Position numbers and translations under genes: made by a program. DNA of 50,504 nt, taken from IMG/VR virus record IMGVR_UViG_3300050821_008494. One strand, written 5' to 3'. How positions within the stretch are numbered: the first letter of the stretch is position 1; every line of letters starts with the position of its first letter. Of the stretch, positions 26,075 to 34,858 are shown in pieces. Source of the DNA: a virus (Duplodnaviria > Heunggongvirae > Uroviricota > Caudoviricetes). Under the pieces are notes generated by a model. That model was not told where the DNA came from, did not search any database, and saw nothing but the letters and a program-made list of their open reading frames with translations.

Positions 26075-26772
26075 GCAACGAATACGCCAACAGAATCCGT
26101 AGAGAGCAATACGAGCGCGGCTATGAAGGAGTCCAGATGCTCGCAAAGTTCCTAGAGTCTCACACGGGTGTTCTAACCGTGAGTGTCAACGAGGCGCAAT
26201 ACTCCCAAGGCAATATGTTCTTCCCGGACTTAGTCTTCCTCAACTATGGAGCCGAGGTCAAGCGAGCCGAGCTACTCACCAGTAACAGGTTCTCCAAAGG
26301 ACAGCAGTTCAGAGGTTCCTTGGGCTCCATTCATATCAACAACTGCGGCTGGCACAATCTCAAGGCCTACTGTCGGAAGACCTCGAAGGAGCTAGTGCTC
26401 ATAACAGTCCTGACGTTCGGAAAGCAAGACCCTCTCTTCATCGGCATAGAGCCAGAGCAGGTCGATGTCTACATATCAGAGTTCGAGAAGCGCAACCCGG
26501 ATGCCAAGCCGGTAGAGTATCAGGGCAAGCTCGTCTACAAAGAGCATCTTAGAAAGGGAGGAGCCTTCGTAGGCCATCACGAGCAGGGCAGCAGGGTCCC
26601 TGTGAACGTCTTCCGTCTTCTTCGCGACGGCAAAGTCCTAAACCACAACGACAACTTCAAGAGCTTCTTCCGGAGACTTCCTCCCGAGTATCTCCACGGC
26701 CTTCCTGCAACTTCCGAAATGTCATCTACGCTTAAAGGTGACAACTACGCCGGATGCGAAACTACCCGATGA
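26071..26772 (+). CDS. PD-(D/E)xK restriction-endonuclease-like protein
   Basis: N-terminal helix with E (RGYEG), then FFPDLVF...GAEVKR. Confidence 0.55.
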   Translation: MSNEYANRIRREQYERGYEGVQMLAKFLESHTGVLTVSVNEAQYSQGNMFFPDLVFLNYGAEVKRAELLTSNRFSKGQQFRGSLGSIHINNCGWHNLKAYCRKTSKELVLITVLTFGKQDPLFIGIEPEQVDVYISEFEKRNPDAKPVEYQGKLVYKEHLRKGGAFVGHHEQGSRVPVNVFRLLRDGKVLNHNDNFKSFFRRLPPEYLHGLPATSEMSSTLKGDNYAGCETTR

Positions 26773-27725
26773 GCGACAAGAAGCCTGAGAAGCAAGACAC
26801 AGTAGTCCTCGGAGGAGGTCTTGTTGGTCAATACGCCGCATACAAGCTAGGAGCGAAGCTCATAACACTCAAGCCGGAGAAGACAATCCCCTACATCTTC
26901 CTCCACGACGCTCCTATGAACCGCAAGATGCTTGACGACTTAGGCGTCACATACGGAACAGATGTCTGGAAAGTCGGCTTCATGTTCAAAGGTCAGCTCT
27001 ACGAAGTCGCATCTCAGGACATGGTAAACGAGTATCACACCAAGTGCTACGGCCATCCTCCGAACAAGCCTCAGTTCAAGAAGCCATACTACGATATGCT
27101 TACACCGAACTACTACGAAGTCCGCAAGAAGCTCGAAGACCTCAACAAGACCGTTCTCTATGCTCGCATCTATCACATTGACCTCATAGGGCACATCGTA
27201 GGATACGAGCTTCCTGACAAGACTCTCGGCCTTATCAAATACAAGCACCTCATCAACACTCTACCACTACCAGACCTTCTGCACATGGCGGGTGTGATAG
27301 AGTCCGAATCATACGAGTCTCGTCCAATCTTCTACTACAAGTTGCCGGAATGGCCGAAGGCCTACGAAGGCCTCGGTCTTGACACTGTCCATGTCATGGA
27401 CTTGAAGGATGAGAGGACCCGCTTCGTGAAGGGCACAGCAGAGCCAAACACCTTCTTCCTTGAGACCCTTGAGAAGGATTCCAAGTATGGTGAGCTTTCC
27501 CAAGTTGTCAAGTATGGGAAGATATTCAACCGGGGCTGGCACCTTGAGATGCGCAACAATGCGATAGAGAGGCTAGAGAAGCACGGCGTCCTTTCTGTAG
27601 GTCGCTTCGCCCGTTGGCAACAGCACTATGACACTCAAGACGCCCTTGTCCATCTTTCCGTCTTCTCATCTTCTATTAGGCCAACCAAATTCAGAACAGT
27701 GATGACGGAGATGCTTCATCTCTGA
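26769..27725 (+). CDS. FAD/NAD(P)-binding oxidoreductase (UDP-galactopyranose mutase / amine-oxidase-like architecture)
   Basis: VVLGGGLVGQYAAYKL Rossmann motif, LINTLPL, C-terminal LSVGRFARWQQHYDTQDAL; ATGA start at 26769. Confidence 0.75.
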   Translation: MSDKKPEKQDTVVLGGGLVGQYAAYKLGAKLITLKPEKTIPYIFLHDAPMNRKMLDDLGVTYGTDVWKVGFMFKGQLYEVASQDMVNEYHTKCYGHPPNKPQFKKPYYDMLTPNYYEVRKKLEDLNKTVLYARIYHIDLIGHIVGYELPDKTLGLIKYKHLINTLPLPDLLHMAGVIESESYESRPIFYYKLPEWPKAYEGLGLDTVHVMDLKDERTRFVKGTAEPNTFFLETLEKDSKYGELSQVVKYGKIFNRGWHLEMRNNAIERLEKHGVLSVGRFARWQQHYDTQDALVHLSVFSSSIRPTKFRTVMTEMLHL

Positions 27726-28771
27726 GCGAGCTTCCGTGTCGCAACTGTGGGAACATAGAGACGACTCATCCATCTTCGGTTTGTGAGGTCTACGAGCCTA
27801 TGAGGCAACTTGACCTCTCTATCATCAGAGACCATCTTGCCAAGTCGAAGGCCTTCTCAAGCCTCTTCTTCGACTTCGCGACGGAAGACCTTTCCCTCAA
27901 AGAGAAGGCGACGAAGGATTTGGCTTTGGGCGTCATCACAGAAGCTATGAGCGTCCTCGACGCCGTGAACTGGAAAGTTCACCACGGCGAGAAGTTTCCG
28001 GTTAGTCGCAGCAACCTTCTCGAACAGCTCATCGACGTCTACAAGTATCTCATGAGCATAGCCTCCCTCTGGAACTTCACTCCGCAAGAATGGCAGGAGG
28101 AGTTCGAGCGGAAGGACTTAGTCAACTGGCAGCGATACAGGCAGGACACAACTATCAAGACCCTGACTGCGGCGTCAAAAGTAGCGGCAATCGACATTGA
28201 CGGAGTCCTTTGTGCCTACCCAGAGAACATCATAGCCTTCATGAACAGGCGCTTCGCGAAGGTAGTTACCCTGAAGGACATCAAATCCCTTCACGGGGTC
28301 GAGGACGCATACCTAGAGCAAGGCGTCAAGGCGTCAGACTATCGACTGGCTCGCCTCGACTTCTTGGAGGAGGGTTGGTATTCGAAGTATTCACCTGTGA
28401 TGAATGGAGCCTCAGAGTTCACACACAAGCTCAAAGACCTCGGCTACACCATAGTCCTTCTAAGCTCTCGTCCCTACGAGAAGCACCACAGGATATTCGG
28501 CGACACCGTCGAGTGGTGTCAGGCCAACAAGATTGCCTTCGACATCATCTACTGGGACAAGGACAAGGACATGAGAATCATCAAGACCTTCCCCAACCTC
28601 CGGTTCCTTCTCGACGACGACGTTGACAACGTCCGCGAAGTCGCGAAGGCCGGTTATCTTTCGATACTTTTCGAGAGACCATACAACCGTCGCTCTCTGA
28701 CTACAAACTTCTTGATAGCTTCAACCTACGACGAAGTCATAGGCCATCTGACAGAGCCACAAGTGGCTTGA
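27722..28771 (+). CDS. Fusion: Zn-knuckle + all-alpha dUTPase/dCTPase-like domain + HAD 5'-nucleotidase-like domain
   Basis: CTGA start adds CRNCG...H...C. Then ITEAMSV...NWKVHH...LEQLIDV. HAD motifs AIDIDGV, LSSR and LLDD. Confidence 0.75.
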   Translation: MSELPCRNCGNIETTHPSSVCEVYEPMRQLDLSIIRDHLAKSKAFSSLFFDFATEDLSLKEKATKDLALGVITEAMSVLDAVNWKVHHGEKFPVSRSNLLEQLIDVYKYLMSIASLWNFTPQEWQEEFERKDLVNWQRYRQDTTIKTLTAASKVAAIDIDGVLCAYPENIIAFMNRRFAKVVTLKDIKSLHGVEDAYLEQGVKASDYRLARLDFLEEGWYSKYSPVMNGASEFTHKLKDLGYTIVLLSSRPYEKHHRIFGDTVEWCQANKIAFDIIYWDKDKDMRIIKTFPNLRFLLDDDVDNVREVAKAGYLSILFERPYNRRSLTTNFLIASTYDEVIGHLTEPQVA

Positions 28772-28807
28772 ACAGAACCTCAGATATGTTACGGCTTAAG
28801 ATAAGCC
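28772..28807 (+). promoter_or_regulatory. Promoter with palindromic operator (copy 3)
   Basis: ACAGAA, then ATATGTTA, then perfect GGCTTA-AGA-TAAGCC (28793-28807); ATG at 28813. Confidence 0.65.
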
Positions 28808-28990
28808 CAACTATGGAGTCCATAGGAGTTCTAGACAGCCTACAGTGGCCGAACAAATCTGCTCCCCAATTCAGGACGAGCGCCACGCTCGGACTGCGAG
28901 CGGTTTCAGTAGGCTTCGGCTCTACTCGCGCAAGCGTCCTGAGCCTAAGTGCGTGCAAGTCGCCCAGACTCCACTTCTGGTGATTATGCC

Positions 28991-29248
28991 TTGAACTCTT
29001 CCGACACCGTTCTCTACAACTGGTTCATAGCAGAAGGAGAAGGCATCTCTTCGATTAGCCCCGGTCTCGGAATCCATCTCGTCAATCTCCTCGGCCAAGT
29101 CCGCGAAGTCATCCCGAAGGTAACAGACCCATACGTCAAGAAGCAACTTGAGACCTACAGGGACTCTCTTGAGTTCATAACGAGCTTTGCTGCCATTCAT
29201 CAACGTGCTGTCATCGACAAGCTCTCATACCTCGTGGAGAAGGCATGA
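28991..29248 (+). CDS. Hypothetical protein
   Basis: TTGA start; ATGA coupling at the end. Confidence 0.5.
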   Translation: MNSSDTVLYNWFIAEGEGISSISPGLGIHLVNLLGQVREVIPKVTDPYVKKQLETYRDSLEFITSFAAIHQRAVIDKLSYLVEKA

Positions 29249-29886
29249 CCCGCTCCAAAGACACTCAGCGCCTAGTTGCGGCAATCGAAGCCATAAGCCG
29301 GAAGAAGTCCCTCTCCAGCAACGAGTTCGCTTACAACCTCTTCTTCGCCCTGCGCCGAGTAATTGAGGGCAGAGAGTCTTACATCAGGGAATACGGCACA
29401 CGAGAGTTCAAAGAATATCCTCCCGGCACATTTCTCTCCGAGTATGATGCGAAGATAAAAAGCAACCTCCTCGACGCCAAAACGTGGCTCTCTCGCAAAT
29501 GTGGAGACCGTCAGGGCTACCATGCCCCAGACGATTGGCAAGTAGGTGCAGCCCTTCTAAGTCTACAAAACGGAGAGATTGCCGATATTCTTGAGAACAC
29601 TTTGAAGCACGGCGTTGCTCTTCCCAAGGAGTCATCAGACCGTCTCAAGAAATACGGACGCAAGCGTGGTTGGTATCTCCAAAGGTCATACAACGACTTG
29701 CCAGATGTTACATCTCACCCCGACCCTACCATGGACGACACATGGCACTACTTCTACGGAGGGCAGAGTCTCTGCGGCAAATACACCGGCATGAAATGGA
29801 ATTGTGTCGGCGACATACCCGACAACACAAAGTTCTCAGTTTGTGAAGTCTGCCTCGGGAAGGCACCAGCAAAGGTCGTGCGATGA
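29245..29886 (+). CDS. Hypothetical protein with C-terminal Zn-finger-like region
   Basis: WHYF...SLCGKY...VCEVC. Confidence 0.65.
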   Translation: MTRSKDTQRLVAAIEAISRKKSLSSNEFAYNLFFALRRVIEGRESYIREYGTREFKEYPPGTFLSEYDAKIKSNLLDAKTWLSRKCGDRQGYHAPDDWQVGAALLSLQNGEIADILENTLKHGVALPKESSDRLKKYGRKRGWYLQRSYNDLPDVTSHPDPTMDDTWHYFYGGQSLCGKYTGMKWNCVGDIPDNTKFSVCEVCLGKAPAKVVR

Positions 29887-30088
29887 TGGGCAAGGTCTCG
29901 ATAATGGAACTTCGGACCCCTACCTTCCCGGAGAAGAAACCCTAGCATGGCACTCATACCTCCATCGCCTCCGGGCTGCCGCAAGTGCGGTCACAAGCCA
30001 CACCCCGGAGTGTTCTGCCCTGAGAGAGAATGCGAATGCGTAGGCTTCTAATCCGGCTATATGCTCGGACCCAAGGAGGGCTTCGAGT

Positions 30089-30709
30089 TTGATACTCCAA
30101 CTCCTCGTCGGACTTAGCCTCGTTCTCGCAGGCTACCAAGATGTCAAGGAGCGCAAGGTCAGGGACTTCTTCTGGCTACCCGGAGCTGTCGGTCTAGCAA
30201 TCGCAATCCTCATCCTCCGCTCTCCATCTCTAGTCTTTGCCGTCGTCCTAGTCGGCATCATAGCATTCTTCGTCGCCAAGGCAGGTATGTTCGGTCAAGC
30301 AGACGGCATAGCGTTCCTCTTCATCATAGCAGACCCTGCCCCATACGCTCCGGCACCAGCTCTAATCGTTCTGGCCTTCGTAGTCGTGGCGCACTCAGTA
30401 TTCCTCTACAGAAAGGGCTTCATCAGGAAGCTCACCATAAGCCTCGACCGCTTCAACTCAGAAGCCCAGTGGATTCCACGGAGTCTAATCGTGAACGGAG
30501 TCAAGACCATGAACCTCATGAACGTCAACAACTCCCGCGAGCGAATCGAGAAGGCGAGCAAGGCAAGGGAGAACGACGAAGTCAAGCAGGACGTTCAAGT
30601 TGAGGTAGTCTACGGCGTGCCAACAGTAGCCTACATTGCCGTGGCTTACGTTGGCTACGTCGTCTTCCTCGCTTTTGCCGCACCGCACTTTCTCTTCTCA
30701 GTCCCGTGA
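30089..30709 (+). CDS. Class III signal (prepilin/prearchaellin) peptidase, A24 / FlaK-PibD-like
   Basis: Multi-TM. Catalytic Asp motifs YQDVKERKV and GMFGQADG, cytoplasmic insert W(I)P, terminal YGVPTVAYIAVAY TM; RBS AAGGAGG. Confidence 0.85.
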   Translation: MILQLLVGLSLVLAGYQDVKERKVRDFFWLPGAVGLAIAILILRSPSLVFAVVLVGIIAFFVAKAGMFGQADGIAFLFIIADPAPYAPAPALIVLAFVVVAHSVFLYRKGFIRKLTISLDRFNSEAQWIPRSLIVNGVKTMNLMNVNNSRERIEKASKARENDEVKQDVQVEVVYGVPTVAYIAVAYVGYVVFLAFAAPHFLFSVP

Positions 30710-30726
30710 TTGTTATGGCATCAGAA

Positions 30727-30761
30727 GCAGAACTCCTTTTAACGTCTCCCATAAGATAAGG
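30727..30761 (+). promoter_or_regulatory. Promoter with operator variant (copy 4)
   Basis: CAGAA, then TTTTAA (30737-30742), then CCATA-AGA-TAAGG (30749-30761); TTG at 30771. Confidence 0.55.
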
Positions 30762-30770
30762 CCTATCAAA

Positions 30771-30986
30771 TTGACTCCCGAGAAAGAACCGCCAATCGAC
30801 CTCTCCAAGCTAACCCAAGGTCAGCTTTGGGCGAGCCTACGGAAGTGCTGGAAGGCCTACCGCATCGCCAAGGTTCAGGCCGACAAAGAAGTCATGAAGA
30901 AATACGCCTTGCGAATCGTAGCGATTCAGGACGCCCTGAAGGTCCCGCATTCCATCTTCGAAGTCTTGCAGTTGGATGCGTCCTAG
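30771..30986 (+). CDS. Hypothetical basic protein
   Basis: TTG 9 nt after the operator; ...LWASLRKCWKAYRIAK... Confidence 0.5.
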   Translation: MTPEKEPPIDLSKLTQGQLWASLRKCWKAYRIAKVQADKEVMKKYALRIVAIQDALKVPHSIFEVLQLDAS

Positions 30987-30987
30987 A

Positions 30988-31287
30988 ATGGCCGACCAAG
31001 AACTCCGCGACAAACAGTTTGCGAACGTCCTCAAAGTCCTACAGGCAACGTTCCATCAGAAGAACCTAGACCATGCCGACTCCTACTTGGAGAATCCGAA
31101 GACCGAGCAAGAAGCCTTCTTTCCAATCAGGCACAAGTATGAGCGCATCGTAGCGATACTCAAGATTCCTGAGAGCCAGAGGACCGACGGTCAGAAGATG
31201 ACTATGCTTGAAGACCTTCGGGACCTCTGCGTCTACTCTGTGATGTTTGACATCTGGCAACTTCAAGGAAGTCGTGGAGTCGAGTAG
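30988..31287 (+). CDS. DUF1599 / nucleotide-modification-associated domain 1-like protein (copy A)
   Basis: FHQKNLDHA...IRHKYERI...EDLRDLCVYS matches the K..DY / DK..R / D...Y pattern. Confidence 0.55.
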   Translation: MADQELRDKQFANVLKVLQATFHQKNLDHADSYLENPKTEQEAFFPIRHKYERIVAILKIPESQRTDGQKMTMLEDLRDLCVYSVMFDIWQLQGSRGVE

Positions 31288-31289
31288 AC

Positions 31290-32081
31290 CTGCCAGTATC
31301 GAACGACCAGATTAGGCATGACGCTTCCGAATGGTATCGCCCCAATCTTCACGTTGGCGAGGCTCCCTTCAACTCATTCTCCTTCCTCTCCGACGAACTA
31401 GCGATACTCATCAGCCCGAAGGAAGAGCGCTACGAGGAAATCATCAACACAATGTATCAAGTCCAACTAGCAACTTGGACAGACAAGGTGATACTGGATG
31501 TAACCTTCGAGGAGAAGGAGGCCAAGGTCAAGCAGGCTCTCACGAGGCGTGTCGGGACTCCCCTTCTGGAAAGTCTCTGCCTCACATTCGCCCTCCAGAA
31601 CGTTCCTCGGAGCCTGACACACCAAATCGTCCGTGCTCGCAAACTCGGCTTCGGTCAGCAGGCGATGAGGGTCAACGATGTTCGGCATCAGCCTGTCCGT
31701 CTACCAACCACGATAGAAGGAAGCGAGTTCGAAGAGCCCTACAAGGAACTCGTTGGAGCAATCAAGAGGTTCTACGCTCGCATGATAGACCACGGCATCC
31801 CCGTCGAGGACGCTCGCAACATCATGCCAATGGGAACCATGACCTACATCACAGTGACTGGTCAACTCCGGTTCTGGCTCGAACTCTGGCAAGGTCGAGC
31901 ACAGAAGGCCGCTCAGAATGAGTATCGTGTTCTAGTTCACAAGATGCTCGACGAGTTCAGTGTCAGGATGCCAAGACTCTTCTCTCTCCTTGTAACTTCC
32001 AACTCCATACCTACAAAGGTCTGGCTCGATGACCTTTCACAGGCCGACCGAGTCCGCATGGGACTCGGGACACCGGAGTAG
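31290..32081 (+). CDS. thyX: ThyX (flavin-dependent thymidylate synthase) homolog with altered signature
   Basis: LTFALQNVPRSLTHQIVRARKLGFGQQAMR, HGIPVEDARNIMPMGTMTYITVTG.LR...GRAQKAAQNEYR. Frame is open upstream of ATG 31452 to CTG 31290 (TAG-AC-CTG). Confidence 0.85.
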   Translation: MPVSNDQIRHDASEWYRPNLHVGEAPFNSFSFLSDELAILISPKEERYEEIINTMYQVQLATWTDKVILDVTFEEKEAKVKQALTRRVGTPLLESLCLTFALQNVPRSLTHQIVRARKLGFGQQAMRVNDVRHQPVRLPTTIEGSEFEEPYKELVGAIKRFYARMIDHGIPVEDARNIMPMGTMTYITVTGQLRFWLELWQGRAQKAAQNEYRVLVHKMLDEFSVRMPRLFSLLVTSNSIPTKVWLDDLSQADRVRMGLGTPE

Positions 32082-32230
32082 AGTCACTTGAGGAAAACCG
32101 GTAACAACACTTGGGTTACCAACAAGCAATATCGCAAGCAGAAGAAGGGAAGTGGAAGAGGGAATCATAACCACTGGCAGTTCGGCGAATGCAGACCCGG
32201 ATGTCCTCGATACATAGGTCCAGAAAAGAG

Positions 32231-32467
32231 CTGACTCTATTGATAGAAGAGTTCACTCAGGAACAGAAGGACGCAATCGTTATGATGATAGGCACCAAAG
32301 GCCTAGACAGTATCGTTGCCATGGCAAATCTAATGCCACCTGACCACAGGCTGAGGAATCCCTACCTTCTCGCCTGTCATCTTATCCTGAATAACATAGA
32401 GAGAGTTGAATCAATAATTCGAGAGGGTCTTCAAAGCGGCTTTTCTGCCGAGGGCTTGGATTCATGA
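32231..32467 (+). CDS. Hypothetical protein (probable CTG start)
   Basis: CTGA overlap with an upstream micro-ORF ending at 32234. Confidence 0.5.
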   Translation: MTLLIEEFTQEQKDAIVMMIGTKGLDSIVAMANLMPPDHRLRNPYLLACHLILNNIERVESIIREGLQSGFSAEGLDS

Positions 32468-32907
32468 CAATAGAAAACGAAGACATCACATCAGTTCTCA
32501 TGCTCTGGGCAGAAGTTCAAGAGGGCTCCCCTTCTCCGAGCTTCTGGCCTCACTGGCGCAGCCTTCGCAGGATGCTCTCTGGCGAACTCAGCAGGCACGA
32601 CTATGTCCAGAACATAATCAACACGCAGACAGACAGGCTCAAGGAGACAGGCGAAGAGATTCGTAAATTCGAAGCCAACCTCGACATCAAGTTGAAGGAA
32701 TTGCGTTCCGCACAGGCTGCCAAGGCCTCGTGGAAAGGAGGCGACCCGTATGATGTCAATTACGAGGTCGAGAAATCCGAGAGGGATGTTCGCAGTATTG
32801 AGCAGTCTATCAAGTCAAAGCACGAGCGGTTTCAAGAGCTGACTTCCTATGTCGAATACCTCGGCAAGATTCTATCGAAGGTAACTCCTACCAACGCCGT
32901 GACTTAG
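32464..32907 (+). CDS. Coiled-coil protein
   Basis: Heptad-rich C-terminal half. Confidence 0.6.
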   Translation: MTIENEDITSVLMLWAEVQEGSPSPSFWPHWRSLRRMLSGELSRHDYVQNIINTQTDRLKETGEEIRKFEANLDIKLKELRSAQAAKASWKGGDPYDVNYEVEKSERDVRSIEQSIKSKHERFQELTSYVEYLGKILSKVTPTNAVT

Positions 32908-32909
32908 AC

Positions 32910-33533
32910 ATGGCACGCCAGCGTTATGTTCAACAGATACTCCCTTCGACAGTCCAAGAGAAGCGCGGCTACAAAAGCGAGACACAGCAGAAGAACCTCA
33001 TGTGGCTTCTCCCTCGCCCGAAGAGAGACCACTACAAAGGAGGTATGCCGCTCTACGCCGAAGAATGGCTCCTCCAGCTCGCCAATGAAATCTTCGGCAT
33101 CAACTACGACTGGGGCAAGAAGACCCTTCTCCAAGTCTTCGCCGGGATGAACAAGTATGGGCTCCGTGTTGACCTGAACAAAGAAGTCAAACCGGACTAC
33201 GTCGGCGACATCCACAGGCTCTCTAAGATTCTACCCAAGAAGATGCTCAAGAAGTTCCCAGTCATCGTAGCCGACCCCGCATACTCCGACGATGAGAATG
33301 AGAAGCTCTACGGTCTAAAGATGCATCTCAGCTACAAGCTCTGGTCTTCGGAATGCATCAAGTTCCTCCGACCCGGAGGCCTCTTCATAGTCTACCACAA
33401 GAACCTGATGCGCAACCCTGACCCAGAGAGGTTCACCGTCGTGAAGCGCGTAGCAATCGCAAACCGTGTCGGCCACGTTGGGAGGTTTGCCGTCTTCTTT
33501 CAAATGAAGGGAGGCAGGAGGCAGCTCAATTGA
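32910..33533 (+). CDS. Compact amino-(N6A/N4C) methyltransferase-like protein
   Basis: Motif I LQVFAG, then VDL...PDYVGD, motif IV VIVADPAY, LRPGG. Confidence 0.7.
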   Translation: MARQRYVQQILPSTVQEKRGYKSETQQKNLMWLLPRPKRDHYKGGMPLYAEEWLLQLANEIFGINYDWGKKTLLQVFAGMNKYGLRVDLNKEVKPDYVGDIHRLSKILPKKMLKKFPVIVADPAYSDDENEKLYGLKMHLSYKLWSSECIKFLRPGGLFIVYHKNLMRNPDPERFTVVKRVAIANRVGHVGRFAVFFQMKGGRRQLN

Positions 33534-33736
33534 ATCTTAAAGTCCGGACAGTCACAATCTACCGCGATGACAGCACAACCCAAGTCGTCTACGAGAACGT
33601 CAAGCACATATTCTGGACAGCAGGTAACACCGTTCTAGTTCTCGCAATCTACAAGCACGCCGAAGAAGACGACTCTCATTTCTACGTCCATTGGCTCCGG
33701 GAGCGCATCTGCTGGTTCAAGGACGTGCCACAATGA
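33530..33736 (+). CDS. Hypothetical protein
   Basis: TTGA and ATGA coupling. Confidence 0.55.
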   Translation: MNLKVRTVTIYRDDSTTQVVYENVKHIFWTAGNTVLVLAIYKHAEEDDSHFYVHWLRERICWFKDVPQ

Positions 33737-34089
33737 TTACCGTCGAAGCTCTCCTCGCTTGGCGCAAGAAGCACATCTGGGACTTCCTCGACAACATGGC
33801 AAAGGAGAAGGGCTCCGACTACTCCGGAGAAGGCGAGGTTGACACTTTCAGGAATCTTCGCCTAGTCGAATACACCATGGAGATTCCAACAGAGGTCGGA
33901 ATCCAAATCCGTCTTCACGACAAGTTCATGCGCACCAACATCCTCCTCAAGCGCGAGTGGGAATCAGGCAGAGGGCCTTCCGTCAAAGACGAGTCTCTCT
34001 CAGTTACAATCCTAGACCACATCAACTACCTCACCTACATCCAAGCTCTCCGAGCCGAACGGTTCAACAAAGGGGTCCTCCCAGAATGA
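33733..34089 (+). CDS. DUF1599 / nucleotide-modification-associated domain 1-like protein (copy B)
   Basis: KEKGSDYS...DTFRN...IRLHDKFMR...ESLSVTILDHINY. Confidence 0.7.
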   Translation: MITVEALLAWRKKHIWDFLDNMAKEKGSDYSGEGEVDTFRNLRLVEYTMEIPTEVGIQIRLHDKFMRTNILLKREWESGRGPSVKDESLSVTILDHINYLTYIQALRAERFNKGVLPE

Positions 34090-34622
34090 GCACAGAGACT
34101 GTTCCTCATGAATCCAAGTTGAGAAGAATATGCTGGCTTGAGCGAGTCCCTCTTTCCGACACGACTCCTCTTCATACCTCGTTCTATCTTATGGAGTGCG
34201 AGTCGTGCAAAGAGCTTACAGGATTCCCAGAGGGGAACTTCAAGGCAGCAATCGAGGCCGGAGTCTGGAAGCCTCCCCGCAAAATCAAAGGTCTCCGTTC
34301 TGTTATGATTCGAGTCGCAGGACCTCATGGGGAGGACGAATATCAGAAGTCTCGTCCGACTGAAGTAGACCTCTTCTACACAATAGAGCTTCAGACAGAT
34401 GGCATCATGAAAGGACGGAAGCTCTTTACTCTCTACGGAGGGACCACAGGCTATGAAGGCTTCTACCTCGACTACACGAAAGAATGCACCATAGACAAGG
34501 CAAAGCTCCTCTCCATTGCAGAGCGAGGCTGGCACGCCTGTATGGGAGACAGTCGCTACCCAGACCTAGTCATAGAAGGCTCTGAAATGAAGAAAGCGTT
34601 CGAGGAGGCAGGTCTCCTATGA
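34086..34622 (+). CDS. Hypothetical protein
   Basis: ATGA start; CESC motif. Confidence 0.6.
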   Translation: MSTETVPHESKLRRICWLERVPLSDTTPLHTSFYLMECESCKELTGFPEGNFKAAIEAGVWKPPRKIKGLRSVMIRVAGPHGEDEYQKSRPTEVDLFYTIELQTDGIMKGRKLFTLYGGTTGYEGFYLDYTKECTIDKAKLLSIAERGWHACMGDSRYPDLVIEGSEMKKAFEEAGLL

Positions 34623-34858
34623 ATCGCCTAGTCCTCGGGCTCTTGGTGGCTTCTTTCCTTGTAGCAGGTGCAGTCGGCTTCAGCTTCTACTTCTCAGGTC
34701 CTGCACCAACATACCCATCGACAACCGTCTCCGCTCCGGGCTCTGCTCCCGGTCAAGCTACAGGCTACACTCAGACGCTCGAATGCGGTCCCGGTTTCAA
34801 TCATCTCTCCCTAAACATAATCAACGCAACATACGGAGTCATGGCGTGTAACCCATGA
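34619..34858 (+). CDS. Small membrane-anchored/secreted protein
   Basis: N-terminal hydrophobic helix, Ser/Thr/Pro linker, two Cys, NAT sequon. Confidence 0.6.
   Translation: MNRLVLGLLVASFLVAGAVGFSFYFSGPAPTYPSTTVSAPGSAPGQATGYTQTLECGPGFNHLSLNIINATYGVMACNP

Noticed and set aside
28768-28994. Confident CDS call after operator copy 3
   Set aside because: Two overlapping frames (ending 28983 and 28994) are about equally plausible, and neither has a motif.
32100-32120. GGTAAC/GTTACC inverted repeat
   Set aside because: It is only a 6-bp stem inside a probable micro-ORF, with no T-tract and no second copy.
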